Source of the DNA: Basidiobolus meristosporus CBS 931.73
Lineage: Eukaryota; Fungi; Basidiobolomycota
Direction: 5' to 3'
DNA length: 64,000 nucleotides
Assembly (NCBI GenBank): GCA_002104905.1
Contig: MCFE01000116.1
Coordinates: forward strand, 1 to 64,000
Position numbers and translations under genes: made by a program. Of this stretch, positions 62,101 to 64,000 are shown piece after piece (positions within the stretch are counted from its first letter, which is position 1; each line of letters opens with the position of its first letter). Under the pieces are notes generated by a model. It was given only the letters and a program-made list of their open reading frames with translations, did no database searches and was not told where the DNA came from.

Positions 62101-63866
62101 TATGTCAAACCACTCAAAAAAGGTCTAATTATCCTAGTTCTGTATGTGGACAACCTAATAATAGCTACTGATGATCAGGAGGAACTTAAACAGACAAAAT
62201 CAGGTCTCTTCAGCAAGTTTGAGATGAAAGATCTTGGAAAATTGAGATATTTTCTTAGAATTGAAGTGAATTCTGACATACCTAAACAGAAAGTTGTGCT
62301 GAATCGGTCCAAGTACATCAGCAACAATCTTAGATGCTCCCAAATGGAAAATGGCTAGCCTGCAGCTACCCAGATGGACAATAATCTAAAATTGAGTAAA
62401 TCTTAGCAAGTTTTAAGTGAAAACATCTCAAATATAGACTAGAACTTTCCTTGTGAATTAATGGTTGGTAGTCTGATGTACTTGATGGTGTCTACATGTC
62501 CTGATATTGCAATGGCAGTTGGAAAAGAAAGTCAGTTTATGCAGAATTATGGATCCAATCAAATTACAGCAGTTAAGCCTATTTTAAGATATCTACAAGG
62601 TACCATGGATATGGTACTGCAATTCTCTGGAGAAGCTAATAAGCTGAAATTCAATAGTTATAGTGATTCAGATTGGGATGGGGATCTAATTGAAAGTTGC
62701 TCTACTGTTGAGTATGTTGAAATATTAGACTATTTGGTATCATTCTGCAGCTAAAAATTTACTTAACAATTCTGGACTAGTCTTGGTCACTGTTGGACTA
62801 AGTTACAGCTCTAACTTTGCCCCTTTCTTCAGATCTATGATCTTATGATTAATCCCCTATAGTCAGGATCAAATCAGCACTAATACTCTCTATTATGTAC
62901 TAGCCCTGAAACAGTTACAGAATGCTCCTGAATATTGAGAAACCCTCCTTTCTTAGTGCTACAGCTGTATTACTTCTACAAAGGTATAAATACTGAGCTT
63001 CTTTATTAATAAACAACAGATCAGCTATTATCACTATTTCTTGATAGGTTACTTATATTCAAATCACTTCTTAAATTGCAAAAGGGTATGTATTTCTTTA
63101 TGTTAGTACTTCTATTACTTGGAACTGCAAGAAACAACCAACTGTGGCCCTATCTATAGCTGAAGCTGAATATATGGCTGCTTGCAAAGCAACTAAGGAG
63201 GCTATATGGCTATGGAAATTATTCAGAGACTGAGGCTTCAATTCAGATGAACCAACATGTATTTAAAAAATAATCAGAGCTGTATTGCAATAGCTAGGAA
63301 TTCTACTAATCATGCCAGAACTAAGCACATAGTATTACAACACCACTTTGTTAGGGAAGCTGTAGAAAATAACTTAGTAGAGTTAACTTACTGTCCAACT
63401 GACAAAATGGTGGCAAATATATTGATGAAACACCTAGCTAGACCACAATTTGAGATATCTCTGAGAGAAATCAGGATTAAGAAATTATTCAGTTGAGGGG
63501 GAGTGTTGAAATACTGGACTATTTGGTATCATTCAGCAGCTAAAAACTTAACATATCTAGACTAGTCATGGTCACTGTAGGACTTATTGGCAGCCCTAAC
63601 CTTGCCAGTTTCTTCACATCAATGATCCTATGATTATTCCCCTGCAGTGAAGATCAAATTAACACTTTTTACCAAACATTCTGTACTAACCCTGTAGCTG
63701 TTACAAAATGCTCCTGAATGTTAAGAAACCCTCCTTACTAAGTGTGGCAGCTGTGTTACTTCTACAAAGGTATAAATTCTGATCCTCTTTATGAACTAAT
63801 GACAGTTTGACTAATATCACTGTATCTTGATAAATTCCTTATATTCAAATCACTACTTAAATTGCA
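59115..63866 (+). mobile_element. Ty1/Copia family B (internally deleted 5' LTR 59115-59311, PBS GGTTATGATCCC, gag-pol, PPT, 3' LTR 63504-63866)
   Basis: Knuckle CNYCKKPGHWARECKK; protease WYTDSGAS; RT KARLVAKGYSE, QIDVKTAFLNG; RH YSDSDW, NHARTKHIVLQHHFVRE; PPT TGAGGGGGAG. Confidence 0.93.
62715..63083 (+). repeat. Copia B solo LTR inserted in the RNase H region of Copia B
   Basis: Flanked by GAGTA (62710-62714) and GGGTA (63084-63088), a 5-bp TSD with one mismatch. Removal restores STVGYVF. Confidence 0.88.
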
Positions 63867-64000
63867 CGCGCGTAAGTTGGTTTTTGGCTCGAATTTGGGT
63901 TTAAAAAAAATATTTACGCTTGAAAGTTTTAAAAATTTTGTTTATGAGTATAGGATTAACAGCAAAAGAGTTTAGTCCGAGATTTGTCGAATATTTACGC

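Noticed and set aside
25400-63866. Classical ascomycete RIP as the cause of TE decay
   Set aside because: CpA/TpG dinucleotides are abundant rather than depleted, and the observed changes are at CpG.

Overview
Eukaryotic, fungal DNA: short GT-AG introns with CTAAC-type branch points; an early-diverging lineage is plausible but is my inference. The window has two sharply different halves. (1) 1-~25.4 kb is gene-dense and CpG-rich. It holds a partial aquaporin (XIP-like motifs), a decayed UNC-93-like MFS pseudogene, and intact spliced housekeeping genes: RSL1D1/UTP30-like, GDT1, a NIPA Mg2+ transporter, TPI1, MRD1, RER1, SEC13, RPL28, CAF1/POP2, TIM8 and GPI1. (2) ~25.4-63.9 kb has no host gene. 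It is a stack of nested, decayed transposons with very few CpG dinucleotides: two Ty1/Copia families with half-tRNAiMet-type PBS, two Ty3/Gypsy families (one with an extra ~390-codon ORF after integrase), a CACTA/EnSpm-type DNA transposon with ~200-bp TIRs and a head-to-head accessory gene (three copies), and a 211-bp MITE present twice. Several target-site duplications are readable, so part of the insertion order can be reconstructed. All calls come from manual reading and motif recognition; no database searches were run.
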